Assembly: GCA_963828255.1 (NCBI GenBank)
Contig: CAWHDZ010000023.1
Location: 23,090 to 87,089, forward strand
DNA: 64,000 nt
Direction: 5' to 3'
Source: an uncultured delta proteobacterium
Lineage (GTDB): Bacteria; Myxococcota; Myxococcia; Myxococcales; Anaeromyxobacteraceae
The position numbers were made by a program, and so were the translations under genes. Positions 1-10,002 of this stretch are shown here, piece after piece. A model generated the notes under the pieces. That model did no database searches. It saw only the letters and a program-made list of their open reading frames with translations, and was not told where the DNA came from. Every line of letters begins with the position of its first letter. Position 1 is the first letter of the stretch.

Positions 1-279
1 GCCGTCGCGGAAGGGGAGCGCCTCGGCGCGGGCCCGGACGAGGAGCGCGCCGGGCGAGCGGCGCCGGGCCCGGGCCAGGCTCTGGGAGCAGGGGTCCACC
101 CCGACGGCGAGGGTCCCCGGCGGGAGGAGCGGCAGGTTGCGCCCGGTGCCGCATCCCAGGTCGAGGGTGCGGCCGCGGGCCCCCCCGGCGAGCCAGCGGC
201 GCCAGGGGCCGAGCCCGAGCCTCTCGAGGATCGCCATCGCGCCGTCGTACAGCCAGGGGATCTGCTCGGCGCCGCGCAT
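1..279 (-). CDS. Class I SAM-dependent methyltransferase (3' end runs off the window)
   Basis: Manual translation from ATG 279: MRGAEQIPWLYDG...RTLDLGCGTGRNL...VGVDPC...ARAEALPFRDG. Contains motif I (DLGCGTG) and the AEALPF motif. Confidence 0.85.
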   Translation of the reverse strand, partial: MRGAEQIPWLYDGAMAILERLGLGPWRRWLAGGARGRTLDLGCGTGRNLPLLPPGTLAVGVDPCSQSLARARRRSPGALLVRARAEALPFRDG

Positions 280-288
280 GGAGGACTC

Positions 289-2163
289 CTAGTCCAGGTA
301 GCCCTTGGCCTGCAGGGAGAAGAGGTGGGCGTACCGACCGCCCCGCTCGACGAGCTCCCGGTGGCTTCCCAGCTCCTCGACGCGGCCGCCGTGCAGGACG
401 GCGATGCGGTCGGCGATGCGGACGGTGGAGAAGCGGTGGGAGATGACGATGGCGGTCCGCCCCGCGGCCAGCTCGCGGAACCGCACGAAGAGCTCGTGCT
501 CCGACTCGGCGTCGATGCTGGCCGTGGGCTCGTCGAGCACCAGGATCTCGGCGTCGCGCATGAAGGCCCGGGCCACCGCGAGCTTCTGCCACTGCCCGGC
601 CGAGATCTCGTGCCCCCTCTCGAACCAGCCGCCGAGCACGGTGTCGAGCCCGGACGGTAGGGAGTCCACCAGCGCCCCGGCGCCGGCGCGCCGGGCCGCC
701 TCGGCGATGCGGGGGCGATCCCCCACGTGGGCGGGATTCCCGAAGCCGATGTTCTCGGCGGCCGTGAACTGGTAGCGGACGAAGTCCTGGAAGACGGCCC
801 CGATGCGGGAGCGGAGGTCGTGCGGGTCGAGGTCGCGCAGGTCCACGCCGCCGTAGGTGATCCGCCCCTCGGTGGGGTCGTAGAGGCGCAGGAGCAGCTT
901 CACCAGGGTGCTCTTGCCGGCGCCGTTCTCGCCGACGAGCCCCAGGGTCTCCCCCGGCTCGAGCCGGAGGCTCACGTTCCGCAGGGCCCACTCCGGGCGG
1001 GACGGGTAGCGGAAGGAGACGTCCTCGAAGGCGATGGGGAGCGGCGCGCCGCGCGGTACGGTGGCCGGCGGATCGACCCGCGCCGCCTCGCCCGAGGTCG
1101 GGATGGCCAGGAAGGCGAAGAGGTTCGACATGTAGAGCGCGTCCTCGTACATGGCGCCCACCGCCGACAGGATCCCCTGGAAGGCCGACTGCCCCTGCCG
1201 GAAGACCACCAGGTAGAGGGTCATGTCGCCGAGCGAGATCTCGCCCCGGGCGGCCCGGTCGGCCACCAGGAGGTACATCCCGTAGAAGGCGCCCAGCGCC
1301 AGGATCCCGAAGGCGGTCCCGGCGAAGAGCCGCCGGACCGCGAGCCTGCGGTCCTCGGCGTAGAACTTGGAGAAGAGGTCCCGGTAGCGCCCCAGCACGA
1401 GCGGCCCCAGGTCGAAGAGCTTCACCTCCTTCACGTGGGAGTCGCGCGTGAGGATCCACTCGAGGTAGTTGAGGCGCCGCCCCTCCGGGGCGCGCCAGGT
1501 GTTCACCCGGAACGACTCGGCGGAGAGGCGGGCCTCGGCCACGAAGGCCGGGATCGAGGCGGACAGGATGACGAGCACGCTCCAGGGGGAGAGGCGCCAG
1601 AGGAGGGCGGAGAGGGCGGCCAGCGTCACCGCCGCCTGCCCCACCCCGAAGGCCTGCATGACGAGCGACAGGGGGCGCGAGGAGGCCTCGCGCCGGGCGT
1701 TCTGCATCTTGTCGTAGACGTCGGCGTCCTCGAAGTGGCGCAGCTCGAGCGAGAGGGCCTTCTCGAGGATCCGGACGTTGATGCGGTTGCCGAGGTGGGT
1801 CCGGAGGAGCTCGCGGAGGAGCCCGAGCAGGCGCCCCAGCACGAGCGTCGCCGCGAGCAGGGCCAGCTCCACGAGCACCAGCCGGGCCACCCGGTCCCGG
1901 TCCCCGGAGGCGCCGGTGCGGGCCGCCTCCACCACGCCGTCGATGATGAGCTTGCCGACCCAGGCCACCGGGGCGGGGAGGAGCGCCGCCACCCCGGTGA
2001 GCGCCGCGATGGCGAGCGTGCTGCGCCGATCGGCCTCCCAGACCAGCCGGAAGGTGCCCGGGACCTGCCCGAAGACGCCGGCGGCCGCGGCCAGCCGGCC
2101 GCGGAGGTCGGTCGGGCCGGTGGGGTCGGTACCGGGGGACCTCGGGCGACGGGCGGGGGGCAA
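289..2163 (-). CDS. ABC transporter, fused permease/ATP-binding exporter
   Basis: N-terminal TM helices; Walker A GENGAGKS, signature ISAGQWQ, Walker B ILVLDE, H-loop ISH. Confidence 0.92.
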   Translation of the reverse strand: MPPARRPRSPGTDPTGPTDLRGRLAAAAGVFGQVPGTFRLVWEADRRSTLAIAALTGVAALLPAPVAWVGKLIIDGVVEAARTGASGDRDRVARLVLVELALLAATLVLGRLLGLLRELLRTHLGNRINVRILEKALSLELRHFEDADVYDKMQNARREASSRPLSLVMQAFGVGQAAVTLAALSALLWRLSPWSVLVILSASIPAFVAEARLSAESFRVNTWRAPEGRRLNYLEWILTRDSHVKEVKLFDLGPLVLGRYRDLFSKFYAEDRRLAVRRLFAGTAFGILALGAFYGMYLLVADRAARGEISLGDMTLYLVVFRQGQSAFQGILSAVGAMYEDALYMSNLFAFLAIPTSGEAARVDPPATVPRGAPLPIAFEDVSFRYPSRPEWALRNVSLRLEPGETLGLVGENGAGKSTLVKLLLRLYDPTEGRITYGGVDLRDLDPHDLRSRIGAVFQDFVRYQFTAAENIGFGNPAHVGDRPRIAEAARRAGAGALVDSLPSGLDTVLGGWFERGHEISAGQWQKLAVARAFMRDAEILVLDEPTASIDAESEHELFVRFRELAAGRTAIVISHRFSTVRIADRIAVLHGGRVEELGSHRELVERGGRYAHLFSLQAKGYLD

Positions 2164-2215
2164 GGTTGTAGGCTAGATAGCGCCTTCAGTTTTTCGCCGC
2201 CACGTCGTACATGGG

Positions 2216-4297
2216 TTGCCGATGAACCTTCCCGAGCCGAAGAGCGACGCCACCGCATCCACGCCCGCCTCGGATTGGTCCATCGAGCGGGCCATCCAGT
2301 ACTACAACATGGCCGGGTGGGGAGCCGGCTTCTTCTCGGTGAACGAGAAGGGGCACATGGTGGTGAACCCGCACGGGCCCGGCGGCCCGACCATCGACCT
2401 CATGGACGTGGTCGAGGACATCCAGGAGCGCGGCCTGGGATTCCCGGTGAACGTCCGGTTCATGGACGTGCTGCGCTCCCGGGTGCGCTTCCTCAACGAG
2501 ACCTTCGCCAAGGCGGTGGCCGAGCTGGGCTACGGGGGCGGCTACTACGGCGTCTACCCGATCAAGGTGAACCAGATGCGCGAGGTGGTCGAGGAGATCC
2601 TCGACGCCGGCGCGCCGTACCACTACGGCCTGGAGGCCGGCTCCAAGGCCGAGCTCATGGTCGTGCTGGGCTACAACGCCGACCCGGACGCACTCACCAT
2701 CTGCAACGGGTACAAGGACGAGGAGTACATGCGGCTCGCCCTGCTGGGGCGAAAGCTCGGGCGCAAGGTGGTGGTGGTCATCGAGAAGCTCTCCGAGCTG
2801 CCGGCGCTGCTCAAGGCCGCCGAGGAGGTCGGCGTCGAGCCCTGGATCGGGCTGCGCTCCAAGCTCTCCACCCGCGGCACCGGCAAGTGGGAGTCGTCGT
2901 CCGGCGACTTCGCCAAGTTCGGGCTCACCACCCCGGAGATGATCGAGGCGGTCCGCATCCTGGAGGCCACCGGCAAGAAGCACCTCTGCAAGCTCTTCCA
3001 CTTCCACGTGGGCAGCCAGCTCACCGAGATCCGCGTGGTCAAGGACGCGGTGAACGAGGGGGCGCGGCTCTACGCCAAGCTCCGCAAGATGGGGCTCGGC
3101 ATCGAGTACTTCGACGTGGGGGGCGGGCTGGGGGTGGACTACGTCGGCTCGCGCACACCGGAGTACGCCTCCTCGATGAACTACACGCTCGAGGAGTACG
3201 CCGCGGACGTCATCTACAACGTGCAGCGCATCTGCGCGAACGAGGGTGTCCCCGAGCCGCACATCGTCAGCGAGTCGGGGCGCGCCATCACCGCCCACCA
3301 CTCCTGCATCATCATGAACGTCTTCGGGAGCATCGAGATCGGCTCCCGCGCCGAGATCACCGCCGCCTCCGTGGTGCAGCCCGGGGAGCACAAGGTGGTG
3401 CGCGAGATGCGCGAGATCGTCGCGTCGCTCTCGCCGCGCAACCGCGCCGAGGTCTACCACGACGCCGTGGCCAAGAAGGAGGAGGCCCTGCAGATGTTCA
3501 AGCTGGGCATCCTGGGGCTGGAGGAGCGGGCCACCGTGGAGTCGCTCTTCTGGAAGCTGGCCCGCACCCTGGTGGCCCTGAACCGCGGGAAGAAGCGGCT
3601 GCCGCGCGACACGCGCGATCTGGGCGACAAGATCGCCGACCAGTACATGGCCAACTTCTCGCTCTTCCAGAGCGCACCCGATCACTGGGCCTTCGACCAG
3701 CTCTTCCCCATCGTGCCCCTGCATCGGCTCGCCGAGGCCCCCACGCAGGACTGCACCATCGTGGACATCACCTGCGACTCGGACGGGAAGATCGACCGGT
3801 TCATCGAGGGGGAGGGCGTGGACGAGACCCTCTCGCTGCACGCGCTCGAGCCGGGCAAGCCCTACTTCCTCGGCATGTTCATGAACGGCGCCTACCAGGA
3901 CGTCATGGGCGACATGCACAACCTGTTCGGCCGGGTGAACGAGGTCCACGTCTACGTGGACGACGACGACCCGGAGGACTTCTACCTGGGGGAGATCATC
4001 CGCGGCGACCACGTGGACAAGGTGCTGCAGTCCCTCCTCTACGAGCCCGCCGACCTGGTGCGGCGGGTGAAGACCGCCCTCGACGTCCGCATGAAGGACG
4101 GCAGCATCCGGCCCAAGGAGGGGGTGGGGCTCTCCCAGTTCTACGAGGGCGTGATGCGGGGATACACCTACCTGCACGGGATGCAGGTGGAGGCCGGCCC
4201 CACCGGCCCCGCCGACGGCGTGGCCGCCGCCGCGCCTCCCGCCGACCCGGCCGACCCGCCGGCGCCGGAGGCCGACGCAGGGATCCCGATCGGCTAG
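2216..4297 (+). CDS. speA: Biosynthetic arginine decarboxylase
   Basis: PLP-lysine motif VYPIKVNQ, plus GLEAGSKAEL, CNGYKD, HFHVGSQ, DVGGGLGVDY, DITCDSDG and GAYQDVMGDMHNLFG. Confidence 0.96.
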   Translation: MPMNLPEPKSDATASTPASDWSIERAIQYYNMAGWGAGFFSVNEKGHMVVNPHGPGGPTIDLMDVVEDIQERGLGFPVNVRFMDVLRSRVRFLNETFAKAVAELGYGGGYYGVYPIKVNQMREVVEEILDAGAPYHYGLEAGSKAELMVVLGYNADPDALTICNGYKDEEYMRLALLGRKLGRKVVVVIEKLSELPALLKAAEEVGVEPWIGLRSKLSTRGTGKWESSSGDFAKFGLTTPEMIEAVRILEATGKKHLCKLFHFHVGSQLTEIRVVKDAVNEGARLYAKLRKMGLGIEYFDVGGGLGVDYVGSRTPEYASSMNYTLEEYAADVIYNVQRICANEGVPEPHIVSESGRAITAHHSCIIMNVFGSIEIGSRAEITAASVVQPGEHKVVREMREIVASLSPRNRAEVYHDAVAKKEEALQMFKLGILGLEERATVESLFWKLARTLVALNRGKKRLPRDTRDLGDKIADQYMANFSLFQSAPDHWAFDQLFPIVPLHRLAEAPTQDCTIVDITCDSDGKIDRFIEGEGVDETLSLHALEPGKPYFLGMFMNGAYQDVMGDMHNLFGRVNEVHVYVDDDDPEDFYLGEIIRGDHVDKVLQSLLYEPADLVRRVKTALDVRMKDGSIRPKEGVGLSQFYEGVMRGYTYLHGMQVEAGPTGPADGVAAAAPPADPADPPAPEADAGIPIG

Positions 4298-5646
4298 CTT
4301 CCCGCGCCCTCCGCCGCGGCTCCCTTGCCGCTCTCTCCGCTTCGGTCGAGCGATAGCTTGAACAGGACCGGGCCGACAAGCTGGTTGAGGGCCACCGCGG
4401 CCACCGCCAGCGCCCCGAACTCCGCTCCGAAGGCGGGGAATTGCCCTTGCATCTGCGAGGCGATTCCCAGCGCGATTCCCGCCTGGGAGACCAGGCCGGC
4501 CCAGCCCCAGGCACGCAACTCGGGGGGATCGCCGGCGATCCGGGCGGTGACCCGCGCCCCGACCACGGCGGTGGCCAAGCGAACCGCGAAGAAGAGCAGG
4601 GCAGCTAGCCAGAGGGTCCCGAGCAGGCCGAGATCGAGGTTGGCACCGGCGGTGGCGAAGAAGATCACGTAAACCACCTCGCCGGTTTGCTCCACGGCGT
4701 GAAGCAGCCTGTCTCCCTGCCGCGAGAAGTTCTGGACCACGAAGCCCGCGGTGAGGAAGGTCAGCAGCCACTCGAAGCGCAGGTAGGCGATGGCGTCCAC
4801 CACCACGAGCCCGAGCAGCAGGAGCACGAGCAGCACCTGCCGGCCCACGAAGCGCAGGTAGGCGACGAGCAGGAGCCCCAGGGTGGTCCCGATGGCGATG
4901 CTCCCCAGGAGTTCGTGTCCGAGATCGCCGAAGGCGGCCAGGGAGAGCGTGGCGCCCGGCTCGAGCAGGGGCCGCACGGCGGTCATGACCAGCGCGAGCA
5001 GCACCACCACCACGACGTCGGAGGTCATCACGAATCCGACGGTGAAGTCGGTGAGGCGCCCCGCCGGACGGGTCTGGCTCAGGATGCCCATCACCGCCGA
5101 CGGGCTGCGGGTGATGGAGACGACGCCCCAGAGGAGGGCCACCGCGAACACCGCAGGGAGCTCCATCCCCCATGTGAACGGGAGGAGGTCGCGGGCCAGG
5201 ACGAATGTGGCGGGGATCACCAGGAGTGCGAGACCGTTCTGGATCACCGTGGCCGCGACCAGGCTCCGGAAGCCGCGCCGCAAGGCCTCGAGCCGGAGCT
5301 CGGCGCCGCCCGCCAGCGCGATGAGGGAGAGCGCGAGGGAGTTGACGATCGAGAGGTCGGCCACCGCCTCGTGTCCGACGGCGTGGAGCACGTGCGGCCC
5401 GGCCACGATCCCGGCCAGGAGGAAGCCGGTCAGGTGCGGGAGCCGGAGCAGCTCGAGGAGGCTCGCGGCCAGGGTGCCGGCCAGCAGCAAGAAGCCGATG
5501 GCGGCCAGGTAGCGCCCGGTCCGCTGCCACTCGCCGGTGAGTGAGCCGGCCAGGCGGTCCACCCCCAGCATGAGCGCGAAGAGCCCCAGCAGGGCCCCGA
5601 GTTCGAGGAGCCGGGTCAGGGGGCCCTTGCGATCCGGCGCGCTCAC
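4294..5646 (-). CDS. Cation:proton antiporter (CPA) family membrane protein
   Basis: GTG start overlaps the upstream stop (GTGA). Multiple TM helices; LPHLTGFLLAGIVAGP, FFATAGANLD and GLVSQAGIALG motifs. Confidence 0.8.
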   Translation of the reverse strand: MSAPDRKGPLTRLLELGALLGLFALMLGVDRLAGSLTGEWQRTGRYLAAIGFLLLAGTLAASLLELLRLPHLTGFLLAGIVAGPHVLHAVGHEAVADLSIVNSLALSLIALAGGAELRLEALRRGFRSLVAATVIQNGLALLVIPATFVLARDLLPFTWGMELPAVFAVALLWGVVSITRSPSAVMGILSQTRPAGRLTDFTVGFVMTSDVVVVVLLALVMTAVRPLLEPGATLSLAAFGDLGHELLGSIAIGTTLGLLLVAYLRFVGRQVLLVLLLLGLVVVDAIAYLRFEWLLTFLTAGFVVQNFSRQGDRLLHAVEQTGEVVYVIFFATAGANLDLGLLGTLWLAALLFFAVRLATAVVGARVTARIAGDPPELRAWGWAGLVSQAGIALGIASQMQGQFPAFGAEFGALAVAAVALNQLVGPVLFKLSLDRSGESGKGAAAEGAGS

Positions 5647-6827
5647 GCCGGGACCTCCCCGGCGCGGCGCAAGGCCCGGCGTAGCGCCGGCGGCCCGAGG
5701 AACTCCCCGGCGACGGCCGCGGCCACGGCGGTCGTGAGCACCACGTCTCCCACCGATCCGGGGTAGCGGAGAGTCACTGACAGTGCAATGGCGATCCCCA
5801 GCGGTCCGGTGGAGAAGAAGGCCAGGGAGACCCCGGCCCCGCCCCGGCGCGTCACCGGGTCCACCGCCGCGACCACCGCCGCCGCGAGCAGCGCCGTCCC
5901 CAGCCGGGCCAGCAGGGCCGCGCCCACGATCCAGAGGGCCGGGCCGGTGACCATGCCCGTCCGGGCGCCGGCCAGGAAGAGCGCGGGGATGATCACCGCT
6001 CCCTCGACCCCGCCCGCCAGCGCGCGCGCCCGTGCCCGCAGGGGCGAGGCGATGGCCAGGAGGAGGCCCAGGGAGAACCCGGTCGCCAGCACCGACAGGT
6101 CGAGCCGCTCGGCGAGCCCGGTGGCGAGCAGGCTGAATCCGAAGAGGAGCGACCAGAAGGTCACGGGCCGGAGCGCGCGTCCCAGCAGCCCGGCGAAGGC
6201 CAGCCCGAGGACGCCCCCCAGGACGATGCCGCCGCCGGGGAGGGCGATCACGCCCCGCGAGGTGTCGAGCGACAGGAGAAGGCTCATGGCGGCGATGGGG
6301 ACGAGCTCGTCGGAGCGTGTGATCCCGGCCACCCGCTCGATCAGGGGCCCCCCCGCGCCCAGCCGCTCGGCGGCCCAGCGGGCCACGTGGCGCGAGGTGT
6401 CGGCCAGGGACGCGGCGATGCAGACCGCGATGGTCATGCGATGCTCCGGGGCCGGAAAGAGGGCCCCGGCCGAGGGGATCCGCTCGAGGACGAGGAGGAC
6501 CGCGCCGCCGACCCCGGCGAGGGAGAGGAGCCCCACCAGCACCCCCAGGGACACGTCGCCCGCACCGATGCGCCGCTCCCCGTCCACGCCCAGGGTGAGT
6601 CCGACGAGGAGCGCGATCCAGCCGGTGGCGAGCAGCGCCAGAGGGGCAAAGCGGGCCACCTCGGAGCCGCCGACGAGCCCCAGCGCGGAGGGGCCGGCGA
6701 CGAGGCCGGCCAGCAGCCACTCGGACCCGGACGGCAGGCCCCGGCCGCGCAGCCCGCGCCCTCCCATCAGGAAACCGCCCACGTAGGCGACGAGGAGCAG
6801 GACGAACAGCGACTGCAGGGTGCTCAC
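5643..6827 (-). CDS. CPA-like multi-pass membrane protein (paralogous partner of the adjacent antiporter)
   Basis: GTG start VSTLQSLFVLL coupled to the upstream stop; LPSGSEWLLAGLVAGPSALG motif; about 12 hydrophobic segments. Confidence 0.7.
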   Translation of the reverse strand: MSTLQSLFVLLLVAYVGGFLMGGRGLRGRGLPSGSEWLLAGLVAGPSALGLVGGSEVARFAPLALLATGWIALLVGLTLGVDGERRIGAGDVSLGVLVGLLSLAGVGGAVLLVLERIPSAGALFPAPEHRMTIAVCIAASLADTSRHVARWAAERLGAGGPLIERVAGITRSDELVPIAAMSLLLSLDTSRGVIALPGGGIVLGGVLGLAFAGLLGRALRPVTFWSLLFGFSLLATGLAERLDLSVLATGFSLGLLLAIASPLRARARALAGGVEGAVIIPALFLAGARTGMVTGPALWIVGAALLARLGTALLAAAVVAAVDPVTRRGGAGVSLAFFSTGPLGIAIALSVTLRYPGSVGDVVLTTAVAAAVAGEFLGPPALRRALRRAGEVPA

Positions 6828-8272
6828 GCCGCCCCCACCGCTCCAGGACCGGGACGGCCCAGCTTCACCCCCTCGGCGCGCAGCGCGGAGGAGACGCGCA
6901 CGGCCAGGTCGGCTCCGGGGCCGGCCACGCGGTAGACCGCCCCGGTGGCGTCGAGGCTCACCAGATCGGCCGCGGTGCCCGGGCCGCCGGTGCGAATCAG
7001 GATCTCCCGGACCAGCGCCTGGTCCTCGGAGGAGTCCACCGAGAGCTCGAAGCGGGCCGCGGAGGCGAGACCGGGGAGGCGGGTGGGCAGGATCAAGGTG
7101 GCCAGGTGGGGGACGAGCACCCGCCGGCCCGACGCGTCCTCGACCTCGACGTCGAGGAGCCCGACCGCGCGCACGATCCCCGCCGTGGCGCCAATCTCGG
7201 CGACGTGGCCGGTGCGGTAGACCCTCCCCAGGAGGCGCGGCAACCCGGCGGCCACGCTGGCCAGCACGGGCGCCGCCGCCAGCCCCACGGCCAGCAGGGC
7301 GGCGTTCCCCAGGTTCGCGAGCATGCCCTCGTCGCTCCCGGTGAGGACCGGCGCGGCGAAGACGGCAGCCACGATGACGAGGGCGATGCGCAGGAGCTGC
7401 CCGACGGGCACGGCCAGCTCGGCCGGCATCCAGCGGAGATGGGTCTCCCCGGCCGCCACGCTCCCGAAGAAGAGCCGGACCGCGCGCAGGCCGAGCACGA
7501 GGAGCGCGCCGGCCACGATGGCCGCGATGGTGGCCGGGATGGCGCCGCCCACCCGGGCCAGCGTGTTCGCGGCCGGTCCGAGGACCACCTTGCCGAGGTG
7601 GACCCCGGCGCCTCGGGTGAAGGGGAAGAGGGAGAGGGCGAAGACGATCCATGCGTAGGCGATGACGATCTGGAGCACCACGCGCCCCACCCGCACGCCC
7701 ACGGCGAGCGCCCCGGCCACCCCCTCCGGGCTCACCAGCTCGACGCCGCGCAGCCGGAGCGCCGGGGCGCGCCGCCTGCGCTCCCGGATCGTCGCCTCCA
7801 CGCCCCGGTCGAGGTCGCCGACCTTGCGGAGGAGCAGGAAGGCAACCAGTCCCGAGAGGACGAGGAGGGAGAAGTGGAAGACCACCTCGGCGATGCGCGC
7901 CCTCCGCCGCTCGACACGCAGCGCCCGGTCCACGTCGGCGGCGGCGGAGCGGGAGAGCTCCTCTATCCCCGGGAGCCCGGCGGCGGCGACGTCCTCGGGA
8001 CCGAGCTCGAGGACCACCACCTCGCCGACGCGGATCGACGCCGAGTCGCCCTGCAGCTCGACCACCGCGCCGCCGGTGGGGCCCGCCTCCATGGCGTCGG
8101 CGAGGGCCTTGCTCGCCGCGCTGGCGCGGGGCGCCACCTCGACGCCGCCGCGCGGCGCACGGAGGGTGAGAACCGGGGCGTCCCGCAGGGTCACGTCGGC
8201 GCCGGCCGGGGCAGGGGGCGGAGCGGCCTCGGCGAGCACCGGCAGCAGGGCGAGGAGGAGCGCCACGATCAC
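6824..8272 (-). CDS. Mechanosensitive ion channel (MscS-like) with periplasmic N-terminal domain
   Basis: Signal peptide VIVALLLALLPVLAEA; TM helices followed by YRTGHVAEIG..AGIVRAVGLL..VLVPH, which resembles the MscS beta domain. Start position approximate. Confidence 0.75.
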   Translation of the reverse strand: MIVALLLALLPVLAEAAPPPAPAGADVTLRDAPVLTLRAPRGGVEVAPRASAASKALADAMEAGPTGGAVVELQGDSASIRVGEVVVLELGPEDVAAAGLPGIEELSRSAAADVDRALRVERRRARIAEVVFHFSLLVLSGLVAFLLLRKVGDLDRGVEATIRERRRRAPALRLRGVELVSPEGVAGALAVGVRVGRVVLQIVIAYAWIVFALSLFPFTRGAGVHLGKVVLGPAANTLARVGGAIPATIAAIVAGALLVLGLRAVRLFFGSVAAGETHLRWMPAELAVPVGQLLRIALVIVAAVFAAPVLTGSDEGMLANLGNAALLAVGLAAAPVLASVAAGLPRLLGRVYRTGHVAEIGATAGIVRAVGLLDVEVEDASGRRVLVPHLATLILPTRLPGLASAARFELSVDSSEDQALVREILIRTGGPGTAADLVSLDATGAVYRVAGPGADLAVRVSSALRAEGVKLGRPGPGAVGAA

Positions 8273-8378
8273 CGGCCCAGACTCACGGAGGGGCGTGCCC
8301 ACGGTCAAGGGCAATCGCTCGCCGCAATGGCGGTTGGTGCGACCCGCCCCCCGGGTTAGATTCACGTCCGGAGACCGG

Positions 8379-9200
8379 ATGACCCTCTCGACCCTGCTTG
8401 CAGCCCTCGCCCTCGCCGCCGACCCGGTGGCCTTCGTCGCCGTCGCCCCCGGCTATCCCGGAACGACCACCGAGGCCCAGGCGTCCATGGACGCCTTCGC
8501 GGTGGCGCTGGCCGCCCAGTCGGGGCTGCCGGCGGGGTCGATCACCGCCGCCTACTTCGAGAAGGACCGCGCGGGAGCGGAGCGGTTGCAGAAGCCAGAC
8601 GCGGCGCTGGGCATGGTCTCTCTCCCGTTCTTCCTGAAGGAAGGGGAGGCGCTGCACCTCGAGCCCCGGCTCGCCGCCGCCCAGAAGGGGACCGGGGCGA
8701 CCGAGGTCTGGGCGCTGGTTGCGAAGAAGGGGCGGGTGACCGGTCCGGCCTCGCTCGACGGCTGGCAGGTCAGCTCCGTCGCGGGCTACGCCCCGGCCTT
8801 CGTCACCGCCACGGCCCTGGCCGGGTGGGGGCGGATGCCACCGAGCGTCAAGGTCGTGCAGTCGGGACAGGTGCTCTCGTCCCTCCGCAAGGCGGTCGCC
8901 GGCGAGAACGTCGCGGTCCTCCTCGACGGCGCACAGGCGGCGGCCCTGCCAACGCTCCCCTTCGCCGCCGAGCTCGAGGTGGTGGCCCGGTCCGCGCCGC
9001 TGCCCACCGGAGTTGTGGTGACGGTGTCGAAGCGGCTCACGCCCGATCGCTGGAAGGCGCTGGAGAAGGGGCTGCGGCAGCTGGGAGATCGCCCGGAGGG
9101 AGCGGCCGCTCTGGAGGCCATCCGGCTGCAGGGATTCGTGCCGCTCGACACCGCTCCCCTGGCCGCCGCTCGCAAGGCGTACGCGGCCGCGGCGAAGTGA
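8379..9200 (+). CDS. Periplasmic substrate-binding protein, PhnD/phosphonate-binding-like fold
   Basis: Signal peptide MTLSTLLAALALAA; C-terminal ELEVVARSAPLP..VV..GFVPLD pattern typical of PhnD-like substrate-binding proteins. Confidence 0.6.
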   Translation: MTLSTLLAALALAADPVAFVAVAPGYPGTTTEAQASMDAFAVALAAQSGLPAGSITAAYFEKDRAGAERLQKPDAALGMVSLPFFLKEGEALHLEPRLAAAQKGTGATEVWALVAKKGRVTGPASLDGWQVSSVAGYAPAFVTATALAGWGRMPPSVKVVQSGQVLSSLRKAVAGENVAVLLDGAQAAALPTLPFAAELEVVARSAPLPTGVVVTVSKRLTPDRWKALEKGLRQLGDRPEGAAALEAIRLQGFVPLDTAPLAAARKAYAAAAK

Positions 9201-9991
9201 TCCGCGCCGCCCGCATTGGCTGGCTCGCCGTCCTGCTCGGGGCCGGTTGCGCCTCGGCGCTGAAGGAGCCGCCGCCCATCGCGACCCTGCAACGGGAGCC
9301 GACCGGGACCGTCCCGGCGAACGCCCTGCTCCAGGAGGCGGCCGAGGAGTACGCGAAGCGCCCCGACCCGGCCGCGGTCCGGCGCGCGGAGGGGCTCTGC
9401 CTCGCCGCCGCGCAGGCCGACGAATCGATGGCCACGGGGCTGGTGTGCGCCATCCAGGCCAAGTCCTGGCTCGCCGACCGGGAGCGGGACGTGAAGGTCC
9501 GCACCGACCTCGCGGTGAGCGCCGTCCAGGCGGGGCAGTGGTGCCTGCGGCGCGAGCCCACCTCCGTCTCCTGCAAGTTCTGGCTGGCCGTCGCCCTCGG
9601 GCTGCAGGCCAGGGACCGGCCGACCACGGTGGAGGACGGTCTCAAGCGGATGGTCCAGCTCCTGCGGGAGGCGGCCATCGAGGCGCCGCTCTTCGAGGAG
9701 GCCGGGCCGGAGCGGGTGCTGGCGATCCTGCTCGTCCGGGCTCCGGGGTGGCCCATCGGCCCGGGGGACGACGAGGAGGCGCTGGTCCACGCCCGCAAGG
9801 CCGTCGAGCTGCGCCCCGGGTACCCCCCGAACCAGCTGGCGCTCGGCCAGGTGCTTCTCAAGAACGGTCAGAAGGCACAGGGGCGGGCGGCGCTGCTCCG
9901 CGCCGTGGAGCTCGCCGGTGGGCCCCCGTGGTCGGGCGATCCCGACGTGGCGACCTGGGTGGCGGACGCGCAGGCCCTGCTCTCCCGGTGA
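9197..9991 (+). CDS. TPR-like lipoprotein (TAtT/BstC-like)
   Basis: GTG start coupled to the upstream stop; lipobox LGAGC; helical repeats; RVLAILLVRAPGWPIGPGD motif. Confidence 0.65.
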   Translation: MIRAARIGWLAVLLGAGCASALKEPPPIATLQREPTGTVPANALLQEAAEEYAKRPDPAAVRRAEGLCLAAAQADESMATGLVCAIQAKSWLADRERDVKVRTDLAVSAVQAGQWCLRREPTSVSCKFWLAVALGLQARDRPTTVEDGLKRMVQLLREAAIEAPLFEEAGPERVLAILLVRAPGWPIGPGDDEEALVHARKAVELRPGYPPNQLALGQVLLKNGQKAQGRAALLRAVELAGGPPWSGDPDVATWVADAQALLSR

Positions 9992-10002
9992 AGGCGGAAG
10001 AC

